Assembly (NCBI GenBank): GCA_038109055.1
Contig: JAYNIM010000004.1
Location: forward strand, 67,858 to 131,857
Direction: 5' to 3'
DNA from: a bacterium
GTDB lineage: Bacteria; Margulisbacteria; Marinamargulisbacteria; GCA-2716485; JAYNIM01
Length of the DNA stretch: 64,000 nucleotides
The notes under the pieces are model-generated. The model was not told the origin of the DNA and did not search any database. It saw nothing but the letters and a program-made list of their open reading frames with translations. Each line of letters opens with the position of its first letter. Position 1 is the stretch's first letter. This document shows positions 48,891-59,339 of the stretch, in pieces. Made by a program: the position numbers and the translations under genes.

Positions 48891-50684
48891 CTATAAATTA
48901 ATCAGTTCTTGCAATGCCTTCACAGGATCTTTTGCTGTTCTAGCGAACTTTTCTCTAAACGCCATTGCAGCTTTATAACGTTTGGGTTCATGAAACCATT
49001 CTTCTTCATGACCAATGATATGATTTAAAGTTTCTGATGCTTTAATTGGACAGTGATGTAAGATTCCTACATCTTTTAGAGCATTAAAATAAGATTTTGC
49101 TTGTACATGAAAGTCGATATCTGTACACATTGGGTTCCAGAATAATAATATCGGTTTATTTAAGCTTAAGGCCTCGAGAAAGACTGTCACTGGCCTATCA
49201 ATCACAACTAATTTTGAACTCAAAATTCTTTTTTCAATGGGTGTCACAGTCATTTTTTCAACTTGCAAATCGGGGAATTCTTCTTTAATTCGCTGTGTTA
49301 TGTCTATGGTTAGTTTAATAAAGCCTCTATAAAGCAACTGTTGTTGAACTGATAATGATAACTTTTTTAAAAATTGTATTTGCCAACACAAGTATTGATC
49401 AATGTTTGGGTTAAATACAAATGGATTTCCTTTATATGCATTATAACCAACCATTAGAATTGGTCTTTGTTTATCTACCTTTTTCTTTTTATTTAAAAAT
49501 GCCTGTTTCATTATGTAAAAGGGAACTATTTTACTATTATTCTTGTTTTCTACCGCTCGATCCCAGCCATATGATAAAAATTTATTTGAACAAATCTCTT
49601 CTATTCGTTGACTGTGATACAAATTTGAAAATACGCCATAATTTCCACCATGCTGTAAATTCAATAATGGAATATTATTTTCTCTACATTTTGCTAACCA
49701 AAATCGTATTGATTCATTCCTATATAACCCTATTGAAGTAATAATTTTTTTGGGTGATTTTGGAAAACTATTTTCAGCTTTTTCTTCGTATTTATCAAAT
49801 AACTCTAAAAAAGACTTTGGCAGCTCTGAACTTAACACTGTTAATGCACATTTTATAAATGGATCTTTTTGATGATTTGCTAATTCCGATACCTGTTTCC
49901 TCATTTCATTAGAGATCGGTTTATCTACTAATACATCCTGATTACTTGTTATCCATACTGATTGACCTTTTGTTTTAAACAGTAACATTAATAAACACTG
50001 CCTTCTAATGTATGTATCTACATATACCATTGGATTTTTAACCCACATGCATACTTTATTTGATAGTGTCTCTATCATGTCCCACATCATCTTTTTTATG
50101 GAGCGACTTATATTGTTGTTTGTTTTGTGCAACTCTATTTTCTCATCACGTTGAGTTTTAAACGAATGCCCAAGATACTGTATTACTTTGGAATATAGTT
50201 GCTGTCTATTATTTAAATGCGAACTAGAATTTAAATAATCACCGACTGTCTTTGATGTTTGGTAATCAATCGGATCTAAAAGAATGGTATTCCATTGTTT
50301 ATATGTTAACTTTATAGATTTAATTTTTTGATATACGCCACTTAAATCTTGTATAAAATAAAATATAAATGGTAATAAAATAATATTCCAATATTTTTCT
50401 GTATATTGCCTTGCATGAATGTTGTTTAATAATGGAATTAATAAATTTTTTACTATGATCGCATCATTAAATAACTTTTGATTTAAGTCTTGATGTTCTT
50501 GGTAGCTTTGATTGGGCTTTTGATGATAAATTACGTTGATATTATTTAAGCAGGCTTTATTATCATCAGTCACACATGAAGGACAGATAAATACTATTTT
50601 ATCTGCCGATAAATCCCAAAACTTTGCGTTTGATGATAGTGCTATAAATGTTTTTGACTTAGTTTTGTTCAAATAATTGGTCAT
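48891..50684 (-). CDS. LIC12162-family putative (nonulosonate) transferase
   Basis: YW.IIL.P, LQHGGNYG, FLSYGW, LEAL..NKP, L..VGI.H; adjacent to pse genes. Confidence 0.7.
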   Translation of the reverse strand: MTNYLNKTKSKTFIALSSNAKFWDLSADKIVFICPSCVTDDNKACLNNINVIYHQKPNQSYQEHQDLNQKLFNDAIIVKNLLIPLLNNIHARQYTEKYWNIILLPFIFYFIQDLSGVYQKIKSIKLTYKQWNTILLDPIDYQTSKTVGDYLNSSSHLNNRQQLYSKVIQYLGHSFKTQRDEKIELHKTNNNISRSIKKMMWDMIETLSNKVCMWVKNPMVYVDTYIRRQCLLMLLFKTKGQSVWITSNQDVLVDKPISNEMRKQVSELANHQKDPFIKCALTVLSSELPKSFLELFDKYEEKAENSFPKSPKKIITSIGLYRNESIRFWLAKCRENNIPLLNLQHGGNYGVFSNLYHSQRIEEICSNKFLSYGWDRAVENKNNSKIVPFYIMKQAFLNKKKKVDKQRPILMVGYNAYKGNPFVFNPNIDQYLCWQIQFLKKLSLSVQQQLLYRGFIKLTIDITQRIKEEFPDLQVEKMTVTPIEKRILSSKLVVIDRPVTVFLEALSLNKPILLFWNPMCTDIDFHVQAKSYFNALKDVGILHHCPIKASETLNHIIGHEEEWFHEPKRYKAAMAFREKFARTAKDPVKALQELINL

Positions 50685-50754
50685 TGTTCGTTAAATTAGC
50701 ATATCTATTTAGCTTTAGAAAGGCTTTATGTGCTATGTTCTTGAACTGTTAAAA

Positions 50755-50911
50755 AGGTACTTGTACATTTCAGCAATGTCAAATCTTGACAGTCATTATC
50801 TCTTGCTGTTTTTACCATATCTTCTAATTCTGAAAGTGTAGCAATGCCTGTTGAAATAATCTTGGGCTTGCCTGTTTGAGCTACTTTTTTGATTAAAGGT
50901 AGATGATTATT
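50755..50911 (-). pseudogene. Internal fragment of a second pseI allele
   Basis: NNHLPLIKKVAQTGKP...LTLLKCTST collinear with 52845-53001 (offset 2090). Confidence 0.9.
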
Positions 50912-50979
50912 TTTTAAAAACAATTAAGTTGATTTGTATCAAAACTTATTATGTTCATCTTTCTATTTAAAGCTTACAT

Positions 50980-51675
50980 TTACTCTGATATACATCTTCC
51001 CAACATAAACGTTTCTGCCGCTTCTACTCCAATACTAGCTCCTCTCCAGTGTGCTAAATGTTTTAATGCTTTGACGGAACGAGGGTGTGGAAAGTCTCTC
51101 ATTTCAGTGATATAGGCATCTAATGCTTTTAATTTTTTTGATAGTGCCTCACCCGATATATCAACAAACCAGTTAGGGTGAAACGAGTTAGAAGATTGCG
51201 GTGGTCGCCACTCTGTACTAGACGCTGTTTCGAAAAATAACAGTGTTTTGACACAAAAACAAGGTTGTGGACGCGTTGCTGTAATCACAGCGTCATGAAT
51301 AACAGTATGATCAATATTTACATCCCCTCTATGATGCGTATATACAATAGATGGTTGATACTTTTCTATAAACGATTCAATAACCTTTACAACATCTAAT
51401 AAATCAACACTATCCATACGATTATCAGGGAAATCATGTAAATGCAAAGAGGTGACCCCAATAATATCATTGGCCTTTTTAGCAGTTTGAGCTAACTCTG
51501 ACAAATCTGCGGATCTGTTAGCTCGATTACGTTTTAAATCTCTACTCGTCATGCCTTCAGCTAAAATAAGGATATGCACCTCATCACCATTCTCAATATG
51601 CTTGGCCATCGCACCCCCACAGCCCAATACTTCGTCATCGGGATGTGCAGCTACAACTAAGATACTATTCATCAT
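50980..51675 (-). CDS. PIG-L/LmbE family N-deacetylase
   Basis: AHPDDEVLGCGG, D.N.DH, FPHPRS. Confidence 0.92.
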   Translation of the reverse strand: MMNSILVVAAHPDDEVLGCGGAMAKHIENGDEVHILILAEGMTSRDLKRNRANRSADLSELAQTAKKANDIIGVTSLHLHDFPDNRMDSVDLLDVVKVIESFIEKYQPSIVYTHHRGDVNIDHTVIHDAVITATRPQPCFCVKTLLFFETASSTEWRPPQSSNSFHPNWFVDISGEALSKKLKALDAYITEMRDFPHPRSVKALKHLAHWRGASIGVEAAETFMLGRCISE

Positions 51676-52357
51676 TTAAAACTCCCTTCTGTCTAATTTT
51701 TACAGTCGCATATATTTCATTATTTCCAAGCGATGCCTGTGTAAATTCAAAACAAAAATCATCGGAGTTTAAATATGCATGAGGATAACCTTTTGCATCA
51801 AGCATTCTAATGTGATCATACAAATGATTAATATTATTAATAGATTTAATATTACTCTCTTCTAGTTTTCGTCGTTTAAATCTTACAATTTCTCCTTTTT
51901 GTGGTACAGGGAAAGGATTTTCTTTCATAATTTTAATAATCATCGTTTCAATAACAGATGTTGCCCTTTCATATATTTCTTGTGCAGAACCCGATAAATC
52001 TAACCCTTTTTTAATATAAATATCTCCTGCGTCTACTTCTTTGACTACAGATATTGCCGATATTTTTGTTGTTTTATGCCCTCTTACAATTAAATTTTGT
52101 AGAGGACTACCGCCTCTTCCATAGGGTAAATCTGTCATATGAAATACAACACATTTCCAATTTTGATAAATTGACTTTGGAATCATAAATGACCAATGAG
52201 GAAAGAAAATCCATGATGGCGACATAGATCTGATATTTTCTTCTGTTAATTCCTCTTTTTGTGTTAGAACAATAATTTTAGAATCTAATGCATTCTCTAA
52301 AGATTCCTTTAGGTCTGATTTCCATTGTTTAGTAGAAGCAATTATGACAGGCTTCAT
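51665..52357 (-). CDS. Formyltransferase (Fmt-like; probable sugar N-formyltransferase)
   Basis: FHMTDLPYGRGGSPLQNLI, VDAGDI, IRMLDA.GYP.A. Confidence 0.85.
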   Translation of the reverse strand: MKPVIIASTKQWKSDLKESLENALDSKIIVLTQKEELTEENIRSMSPSWIFFPHWSFMIPKSIYQNWKCVVFHMTDLPYGRGGSPLQNLIVRGHKTTKISAISVVKEVDAGDIYIKKGLDLSGSAQEIYERATSVIETMIIKIMKENPFPVPQKGEIVRFKRRKLEESNIKSINNINHLYDHIRMLDAKGYPHAYLNSDDFCFEFTQASLGNNEIYATVKIRQKGVLNDE

Positions 52358-53382
52358 AAATCACACATTTCCAACTTTAGTGGAGTACCTGCTGAAATTG
52401 CAACACGAGTAATAGAGTTTAAAACGTGATCATAATATTTAGGTGCTAAACCAAAGCCAGGACGAATCACTCGGATATTTTCAGATGTAAACGCTTCACC
52501 CTTTTTTATATTTTTAACTGCATAAATTGAGCGTCTAAATACTGTAGATTTTTCTTCTTCTTTGCTTGATACACCATAATAAACTTTACCCAAAGCAAGG
52601 GATGCAGCTTTAACGTCTTCAACAAGTTGTTTCATTTCAAGAGGTTCCATCGAAAATGCCGCATCAACACCCCCTTCTGCTCTTGATAATGTCACATGCT
52701 TTTCGATTGCGACTGCGCCCAAAGCAACGCTTGCAACAGCTGCGCCTATTCCTAATGTATGATCTGATAAGCCAACCTTAACATCAAAAAGCTGAGCAAG
52801 ATGTGGAATGGTTAATAAATTTGAATTTTCAGGAGAGGCTGGATACGTACTGGTACATTTTAATAGGGTTAAGTCATTACAACCGTTTTCTCGAGCCGTT
52901 TTCACTATATCTTCAAGATCTGATAAAGTGGCCATGCCTGTTGAAATAATCATGGGCTTTCCTGTTTGAGCAACTTTTTTTATTAATGGTAAATGATTAT
53001 TCTCAAATGACGCAATTTTATACATAGGCACATTTAAGGATTCTAAAAAGTCTACGGAGGTTTCATCAAATGGCGTTGAAAAACATATAAGACCTTTTGA
53101 CTTACAACGATCAAATATTTGTTTGTGCCACTCCCAAGGGGTAAATGCCTCTTGATATAAATCATGTAACTTTTTACCATACCAAAGACTTTTTTTATCA
53201 TTAATAACAAACGACGTTTGATTTGACGGTATCGTCATAGTATCTGCTGTGTATGTTTGAAGTTTGAGCGCATCGACACCAGTTTCTGCAATAGAATCTA
53301 CAATTTGAAATGCACGCTCTAAAGACTGATTATGGTTACCTGACATTTCTGCAATAATAAATGGCTGTCTTTTATTGTTCAT
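52354..53382 (-). CDS. pseI: Pseudaminic acid synthase
   Basis: IAEMSGNHNQSL, KLQTYTADTMT, TPWEWH, GLSDHT, IEKH, RRS, IRPG.GL. Confidence 0.93.
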   Translation of the reverse strand: MNNKRQPFIIAEMSGNHNQSLERAFQIVDSIAETGVDALKLQTYTADTMTIPSNQTSFVINDKKSLWYGKKLHDLYQEAFTPWEWHKQIFDRCKSKGLICFSTPFDETSVDFLESLNVPMYKIASFENNHLPLIKKVAQTGKPMIISTGMATLSDLEDIVKTARENGCNDLTLLKCTSTYPASPENSNLLTIPHLAQLFDVKVGLSDHTLGIGAAVASVALGAVAIEKHVTLSRAEGGVDAAFSMEPLEMKQLVEDVKAASLALGKVYYGVSSKEEEKSTVFRRSIYAVKNIKKGEAFTSENIRVIRPGFGLAPKYYDHVLNSITRVAISAGTPLKLEMCDL

Positions 53383-53488
53383 AGTATTTGTTTAAACGCA
53401 TCCTTTTTTCTAAAAATACCATTAACGTCTAATAGTTTCTAGTATAGAAAGTCCAAAAAATTCCTTTTAAATTAATTCAATAATAAAG

Positions 53489-54469
53489 TTAAATATAATG
53501 AGATTTAAAAGATTTGATTTGCCCATTTTTTTTTCTGACCAAACATGTAGTCTTTCGAAAGTACTCTATATTTATAAGTTCCATATCAGAAAAAGGAACT
53601 AAATCTATTTTCATTAGCTCTAAAAGCTGCCACTCAAAATCTCTAAAACCTACTAAGTGTCTAAATCCTACCGTACTAGAAAACCTTGGATTAATTTCAA
53701 ATAAAAGTGGTCCATTTTTAGTTAGAACAAGTTGAATATTCATACTTCCTTTTAAATCAAGGGCTAAAGCGATTGACTTTAAATAACAATTAATTTCATT
53801 ACTTTGAACAATTTTTGCATACTTGGTTTCTCCATTTTCTAGTTCTCTTAACATGACAAGTATTCTTATTTCACCAGACTTTGATCTATAAATACAACAT
53901 GTGTACTCTTGATTAGCAGGAAGCAAAACCTCTTGCCAAACACTTTTTTCTCTTAAACAACAACGTTGAGCCTCTTTAGCATTGTGTATAAGCTCCACAC
54001 TTTTTGATCCTGAAGTAGATCTATTTTTAAAAATACAGGGATATTCTTTTGGATCATCTATTTGAGCATTGAGTGTCCATGGAACCAAAATATTTTTTTC
54101 GCCTAATGTTTCCATTGTTTTTAGTTTATCCAAGCCAACATCAACAGCAAACTCATTAATTATTAATACACTCACATCAAGATGGTTTAAGAAAGTTCTT
54201 CTTTTATTAAAAAAACATATTTCAATTTCACTTGTAGGTACTAAAATATTAATATCATATTTATCTATTAAATTCTGTATAACACTTATATAATTATCAT
54301 GTGAAGCAAATGGCACTATTTCAAATTGATTACACATAAATTTTCCAACATGGTTAGCATAAACATCTGTCCCAACTATAAAAAATTTTGGAAATGCATC
54401 TCGAATTATATTAATAATTGCTTGGCCATTGGCATCAGCACATCCTGTTACTAAAATATTTTTTCTCAT
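53489..54469 (-). CDS. ATP-grasp ligase family protein
   Basis: DKLKT, SGSK, EYT, NIQ, FEINPRFSST. Confidence 0.85.
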   Translation of the reverse strand: MRKNILVTGCADANGQAIINIIRDAFPKFFIVGTDVYANHVGKFMCNQFEIVPFASHDNYISVIQNLIDKYDINILVPTSEIEICFFNKRRTFLNHLDVSVLIINEFAVDVGLDKLKTMETLGEKNILVPWTLNAQIDDPKEYPCIFKNRSTSGSKSVELIHNAKEAQRCCLREKSVWQEVLLPANQEYTCCIYRSKSGEIRILVMLRELENGETKYAKIVQSNEINCYLKSIALALDLKGSMNIQLVLTKNGPLLFEINPRFSSTVGFRHLVGFRDFEWQLLELMKIDLVPFSDMELINIEYFRKTTCLVRKKNGQIKSFKSHYI

Positions 54470-54471
54470 AT

Positions 54472-55176
54472 TTATCGTTTTTGAAAAACCTCTATTAAAT
54501 AGGGTAAATGATAATCTAATTGTTTAATCTCATCACTGATACTTTTATAATCAAATTCTATTCTTCTTTGCACAATGGATCGTGAGGTTGAATTCAGTAT
54601 CATATAACTCGCTAAATGCCCAATATCTCTTGGCTGACCTACCGATCCTGGGTTAGCTAATGTGGTATGATGACTCGAAAAAATAAATGGGTAGTGAGTA
54701 TGGCCCTGAAAAATATAGTCATAATCAGTATCAATGCATGAGTGAAGTGTTTCCAAATTAGAATCTGGGTAAATATATTGATCTGGGTCATTTTTAGATC
54801 CATGGCATAATAAAATGTTTAAACCTTCAATACTAAGCGTTTTAGTTTTTGGCAAAGAATATAAAAACTCTTTTTCATCTTGTGATAATTTTTCTAAAGC
54901 TATATTAATACCTGAACCATATTTTTCATATATTTTTTTTTTCTTTATTTGACAATTCTGAGCTTCTTTTAATAACCGTTCGTGATTTCCTTGAATAATA
55001 TGTGTCGTGTGTGACAGCCCATTAACAAGATTTATAACTTCTACTGGCCAATAATAATACCCAACTATATCTCCCAAAATACAAACATGTTCGATACCCT
55101 GGTTTTCAAAATCATTAATCACATTCTTTAAAGAAATTATATTTGCATGAATATCAGAAAGTATCGCTATTTTCAT
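54472..55176 (-). CDS. Metallophosphoesterase (YfcE-like)
   Basis: SDIHAN, LGD.VGY, GNHE, HGS, GHTH, NPGSVGQPRD. Confidence 0.9.
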   Translation of the reverse strand: MKIAILSDIHANIISLKNVINDFENQGIEHVCILGDIVGYYYWPVEVINLVNGLSHTTHIIQGNHERLLKEAQNCQIKKKKIYEKYGSGINIALEKLSQDEKEFLYSLPKTKTLSIEGLNILLCHGSKNDPDQYIYPDSNLETLHSCIDTDYDYIFQGHTHYPFIFSSHHTTLANPGSVGQPRDIGHLASYMILNSTSRSIVQRRIEFDYKSISDEIKQLDYHLPYLIEVFQKR

Positions 55177-55865
55177 ATTAAATTTTCTGCGGTTAAAATC
55201 TCTTTGGCAACAGTTTGAGGGGATTTTAATTTATTTTCATTTTTTAATTTTATAAAGCAGTCTCTAAGAGGAAAGTCTTTTACATTTGTTTCTCGAATTA
55301 TTCTTTGCATACTTGTATCCAAAACACCAGGATCAATATGCTTGATTGTCACATTTTCATTCTCTAAACTTAAACAATCTAACAGCATTCTTACACTTGA
55401 TTTTGTTGAACAATACAATGACCATCCAGGATAAGCATGTTTGGAAGCACCGCTTGTTATATTCAGAATTCTTAAATTAATCTTCTTTATTAAACAAAGA
55501 TCTAATAGTTTTTTAATAATTTTAATTGGTGACAAAACATTAACATTTTGTGCATTCAAAAAATCTTTATTACTCAAGTTTTTAATAAAAGAAATATTTC
55601 CTAATGTAGCTGCATTATTTATAAAAATAATTTCATTAAGCTGTTTATCAATATACTCTTTAAAGTCAATATTTAACTCAAATTGATTAAAATCTAATTT
55701 TTTACTGATAAAATTTTTACTTTTGTTAGAACCACATATACTTTTATTCCTTAAAATTTCACACAACAAATAATTTTTAGATAAAAGCTGTAAAATAAAC
55801 TCTCTGCCCAACCCTTTATTTGTTCCAGTTATAACTATTAACTTTGAATATTCTTTCATAACCAT
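55173..55865 (-). CDS. Short-chain dehydrogenase/reductase (benzil/sepiapterin reductase-like)
   Basis: TGTNKGLG, INNA, SGAS..AYPGWSLYCSTK, PGVLDTSMQ. Confidence 0.85.
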   Translation of the reverse strand: MVMKEYSKLIVITGTNKGLGREFILQLLSKNYLLCEILRNKSICGSNKSKNFISKKLDFNQFELNIDFKEYIDKQLNEIIFINNAATLGNISFIKNLSNKDFLNAQNVNVLSPIKIIKKLLDLCLIKKINLRILNITSGASKHAYPGWSLYCSTKSSVRMLLDCLSLENENVTIKHIDPGVLDTSMQRIIRETNVKDFPLRDCFIKLKNENKLKSPQTVAKEILTAENLI

Positions 55866-55919
55866 AAGTACTAAGCTTAAGATTACTAATAAGTCTCTAT
55901 AATCTCAAATAAAAAAAAA

Positions 55920-56786
55920 TTATAAAGTATAAAAACCTGTAATATCCCTACCAAACCCCATATCTCCAAGCGACTTGTAATATCTTGCTAATCTTTCAAT
56001 CGAAATTTCAGCCATTAAATTAGTAACGGCAATACGTTTTTTATGTGCGACTTTTCCTAAATCTGGGTGATTTATATAATTTGATTCTTCTACTAGAAGC
56101 TCAAAATCAATCGGATAATCGCCTATATGATAACTTTCTTTTAAGTTATATGCTTCCATCAAATTTGTTAAACTTTCTTTTGTAAAATAAGATAAATGTT
56201 CTGGGGGAGAAACCCAAAAAGGTTGTGAGATTTTATTTTCTAACAAAAGCTTTTTTTGTAAATAAGAAAAATCATTAGGAACAGTTATAACCAACACACC
56301 ATTTCTTGATAATAACTTTATACATTTTTCAATAATAGATTCTGGACTTAAAACATGTTCTAAAACGTTTGTCATGGTAATAACATCAAAAGTTCTTTTA
56401 AAAGAATTTAATAAAAAATCAATATCTCCTGACTTAAAAAAAGGCAACATCTTAGGATTATGATTTTTGATCCCAACATTAGAGTAATCTACTCCAATAA
56501 CATCATAATCCTAATTGTAAAATGAATTTAACAAAAAGCCTTCTCCACATCCAATATCGCGTAATGTTTTCTTGTCTTTATTTTGTATTGAATTTAATAT
56601 ACATCTAAACACCTTATACTTATTTTCATTATACGTAAGTTCTTCTTTTGAATAGGACTCTTGGTAAGAACCTTTGGGTTTATTATAGTATTTTTCTGAA
56701 TAATATTTAGCTAAAATAGTTACAGAAGGTTTTTTTATTATTTCATAATTACCAAAACGATTTTTAATTACAGATTCACTAATCAT
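55920..56786 (-). pseudogene. Class I SAM methyltransferase interrupted by one in-frame TAG
   Basis: ORFs 56511-56786 and 55920-56450 share a frame: DIGCGEGFLLNSFYN*DYDVIGVDYS...NVLEHV. Confidence 0.88.
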
Positions 56787-56802
56787 ACTATATTTTTTCC
56801 TT

Positions 56803-57813
56803 TTATCTTATTTCTAAAATATTCTTTATCAAGAAACTAACGTTTAATTTTTTATATTGCTCAATAATTTTTTTTCTTACTTTAACATCTAATAATGCTT
56901 GATATAAATTTTTATGATTATCTTTAATATTCAAGCTCGGATTAACTATACCATATTCATCAAAACATTTTTTAATTACAGTTTGGTTATCGTATAAACT
57001 TATGGATAAAAAAGGAACTTGCATTTTTATATACTCCCATACAATAGACCCTGCCGCTGTGATTGCCAAATCTGTTTTTTCCATTAAACTTATCATTTTA
57101 GAAGAAGATAAAGATTCATAAATCGTTCCATTTAAATTTTGTTTACTTAAAATTAATTCTATTAACTTTTTATGTGTATTAAGCGCACCTAATACAACAT
57201 GAAACCTTATTAGTTTCAACTCGGAAATCTCTTTAATCTGGTTCAAAATCTCACCTGTAAAATTTCCTTCATCTGCCCCACCCATTGTAATCATAATATT
57301 TGATACATGTTCTTTTATAATTTTTTGTTTTGAATATTGTCTAAATTCACGTCTCAGCAAGGCATATTCAGGACCCATTAATAATTGTGTATAAGGTTCT
57401 TTAGAATAAATAGTGCTATCAGTGGTATTTTGATTTAAAACGATATCTGCAACAAAGTGACATTGGGCAATATCATCCACACACATTAACTTCAATCCAG
57501 CAGATTTAATAATTTGTTGATAATTTGTAACAAAGGGATATCCATCTAAAACCACCCAATGAGCACCTACTTTTTTAGCATGTTTTACTGTTTTTTGGGC
57601 ATCTTTCTCAAGAGTAATTATAGTGTCCATAGTTTGAATATGTATCCCCTCTTTAATAGCTTGATCTAACAATTTTTTTTGAGTTGTTTTAGTTAAAAAA
57701 TGAACGTTGAACCCTTCATCGATTAATAATTGAGCTAAGGCAATCTGTCTTACAAAATGCCCAGCACCAATTTCTATAGATGCATCTACCCTAATTAATA
57801 TTACTCTACTCAT
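56803..57813 (-). CDS. pseG: UDP-2,4-diacetamido-2,4,6-trideoxy-beta-L-altropyranose hydrolase
   Basis: RVDAS..IG.GH..R, LDGY, YALLR.EF, ITMGGAD, AAGS..WE; no fused GNAT domain. Confidence 0.87.
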   Translation of the reverse strand: MSRVILIRVDASIEIGAGHFVRQIALAQLLIDEGFNVHFLTKTTQKKLLDQAIKEGIHIQTMDTIITLEKDAQKTVKHAKKVGAHWVVLDGYPFVTNYQQIIKSAGLKLMCVDDIAQCHFVADIVLNQNTTDSTIYSKEPYTQLLMGPEYALLRREFRQYSKQKIIKEHVSNIMITMGGADEGNFTGEILNQIKEISELKLIRFHVVLGALNTHKKLIELILSKQNLNGTIYESLSSSKMISLMEKTDLAITAAGSIVWEYIKMQVPFLSISLYDNQTVIKKCFDEYGIVNPSLNIKDNHKNLYQALLDVKVRKKIIEQYKKLNVSFLIKNILEIR

Positions 57814-58544
57814 TTATCTCTTGGTAAATGAGCTGTAATTTCATAAATATCTGGTCTATTATCTAATAATTTTACAACATCCATCATCTTAAAATTAGGA
57901 TTTTTAGGATAAAGTTCTTTGTAGACTTCACACATCATTTTATAATCTTCTTCATAATCTAATGTCCAACGATGATGAAATAAATCTATCTCATTTGAAA
58001 AATGACCAATGTTAAATTGATTTGTGTTATTTCTAATGTAAGGAGTGACATGTTCCTTTTCAAAATCTAGCGTTGCGTTTTGATATGCCATAGTCAGTGC
58101 TTTTTTAGTCATTACTTCAACCATTGTTCCCAACGGATAATTTCTAAAATCTAAATTGGAAATATAATCATAGTTATTTTTTAAAAAGAAATCTATTCCT
58201 TTATTAACGATATCAGTATCATGAAAAGGGGAATCGGCGCATAACCGAACAACAATTTTAGCGTCTTCAATTTTCTGTGAAAGTCTATAAAACCTCTGCA
58301 AAACATTCGTTTCAGAATCACAAAATACTTTTATATTATTTTTTTCACATATTTTTACAATCTCTTGATCTTGATTTTTTTTTGACGTGGCAACATAAAA
58401 TTCTGTTCTTTTCGTTAAACTCTGTAATCGCTCTAAAATACATTCTAAAACCGTTTTTGAATTTATAACTGGCTTAAGCATTTTATTAGGAAATCTCTTA
58501 GACCCTGATCTTGCCTGAATAATCGTTAAAATCTTTTTGTTCAT
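57810..58544 (-). CDS. Cytidylyltransferase (SpsF-type; probable CMP-nonulosonate synthetase)
   Basis: IIQARSGSKRFPNKML, VRLCADSP, EHVTPYI, RWTLDYEED. Confidence 0.85.
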   Translation of the reverse strand: MNKKILTIIQARSGSKRFPNKMLKPVINSKTVLECILERLQSLTKRTEFYVATSKKNQDQEIVKICEKNNIKVFCDSETNVLQRFYRLSQKIEDAKIVVRLCADSPFHDTDIVNKGIDFFLKNNYDYISNLDFRNYPLGTMVEVMTKKALTMAYQNATLDFEKEHVTPYIRNNTNQFNIGHFSNEIDLFHHRWTLDYEEDYKMMCEVYKELYPKNPNFKMMDVVKLLDNRPDIYEITAHLPRDK

Positions 58545-59339
58545 TTATCGTACTGTCCAGCCTCCATCAACAACTATATTCTGTCCAGTCATATAATTTG
58601 ATGCATCTGAACACAAATATATATATGTGCCAACCAACTCTTCTGGGTTTCCAATTCGATTTAATAATGTTTTTTGACTTAATTTTTTAACAAATGCTTT
58701 GTTTTTTTGAACATCTTGATTTGGAAAAGGCCCTGGTGACACTGTATTAACTAAAATATTTTGTTTCGCTAAATAACTTGAAAAGTATTTTGTTAACTGT
58801 ATTACACCTGCTTTTGAAACACCATAAACAGAAGGGTTTAAATAATCAGGAAATTCGTCATACACACTAAAATCTGGGGCAACGAAACCATACATTGAAC
58901 TGGTATTAATAATCTTACTTATCTTGTTTTTTTCAAAAAATGGAACAATTTCTTTAATACAATTATACATAGATGATAAATTACTATTGATTCCCTTATT
59001 CCAACTATCCAAAGTAGGAAAACGAGCACAATCTAAGTTACCAGTATAAGTAACATTATTTATTAAATGAGTCACCATTCCTTCATTTTTCATAATCAAT
59101 GAGAATGCCTTATTAACTGAAATAGAGTCTGTAATGTCGCATTCAATAAATTTGACCATAGTACTATTATCAAAAACTTGATTAAACTTTTGCTGTGAAC
59201 GTCCTAAAACATATACTTTTGCATTGTATAAAGATAAGCCTTGAGAAATTGCTTTCCCTAAATAGCCATAACCTCCAGTAATGACAACAACTGAACTTTT
59301 TAAATTAAATAGATTCTTCATTTTTTTTAACTTTTCCAC
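58545..59339 (-). CDS. SDR oxidoreductase (PtmA-like)
   Basis: TGGYGYLG, SSMYG, YGVSKAG, TGQNIVVDGG. Confidence 0.87.
   Translation of the reverse strand: MEKLKKMKNLFNLKSSVVVITGGYGYLGKAISQGLSLYNAKVYVLGRSQQKFNQVFDNSTMVKFIECDITDSISVNKAFSLIMKNEGMVTHLINNVTYTGNLDCARFPTLDSWNKGINSNLSSMYNCIKEIVPFFEKNKISKIINTSSMYGFVAPDFSVYDEFPDYLNPSVYGVSKAGVIQLTKYFSSYLAKQNILVNTVSPGPFPNQDVQKNKAFVKKLSQKTLLNRIGNPEELVGTYIYLCSDASNYMTGQNIVVDGGWTVR

Noticed and set aside
46532..56513. Stop-codon reassignment as the explanation for in-frame stops
   Set aside because: Both TAA and TAG are involved, and TAG ends ordinary genes (ruvX at 1322, dxs at 18371); decay is simpler
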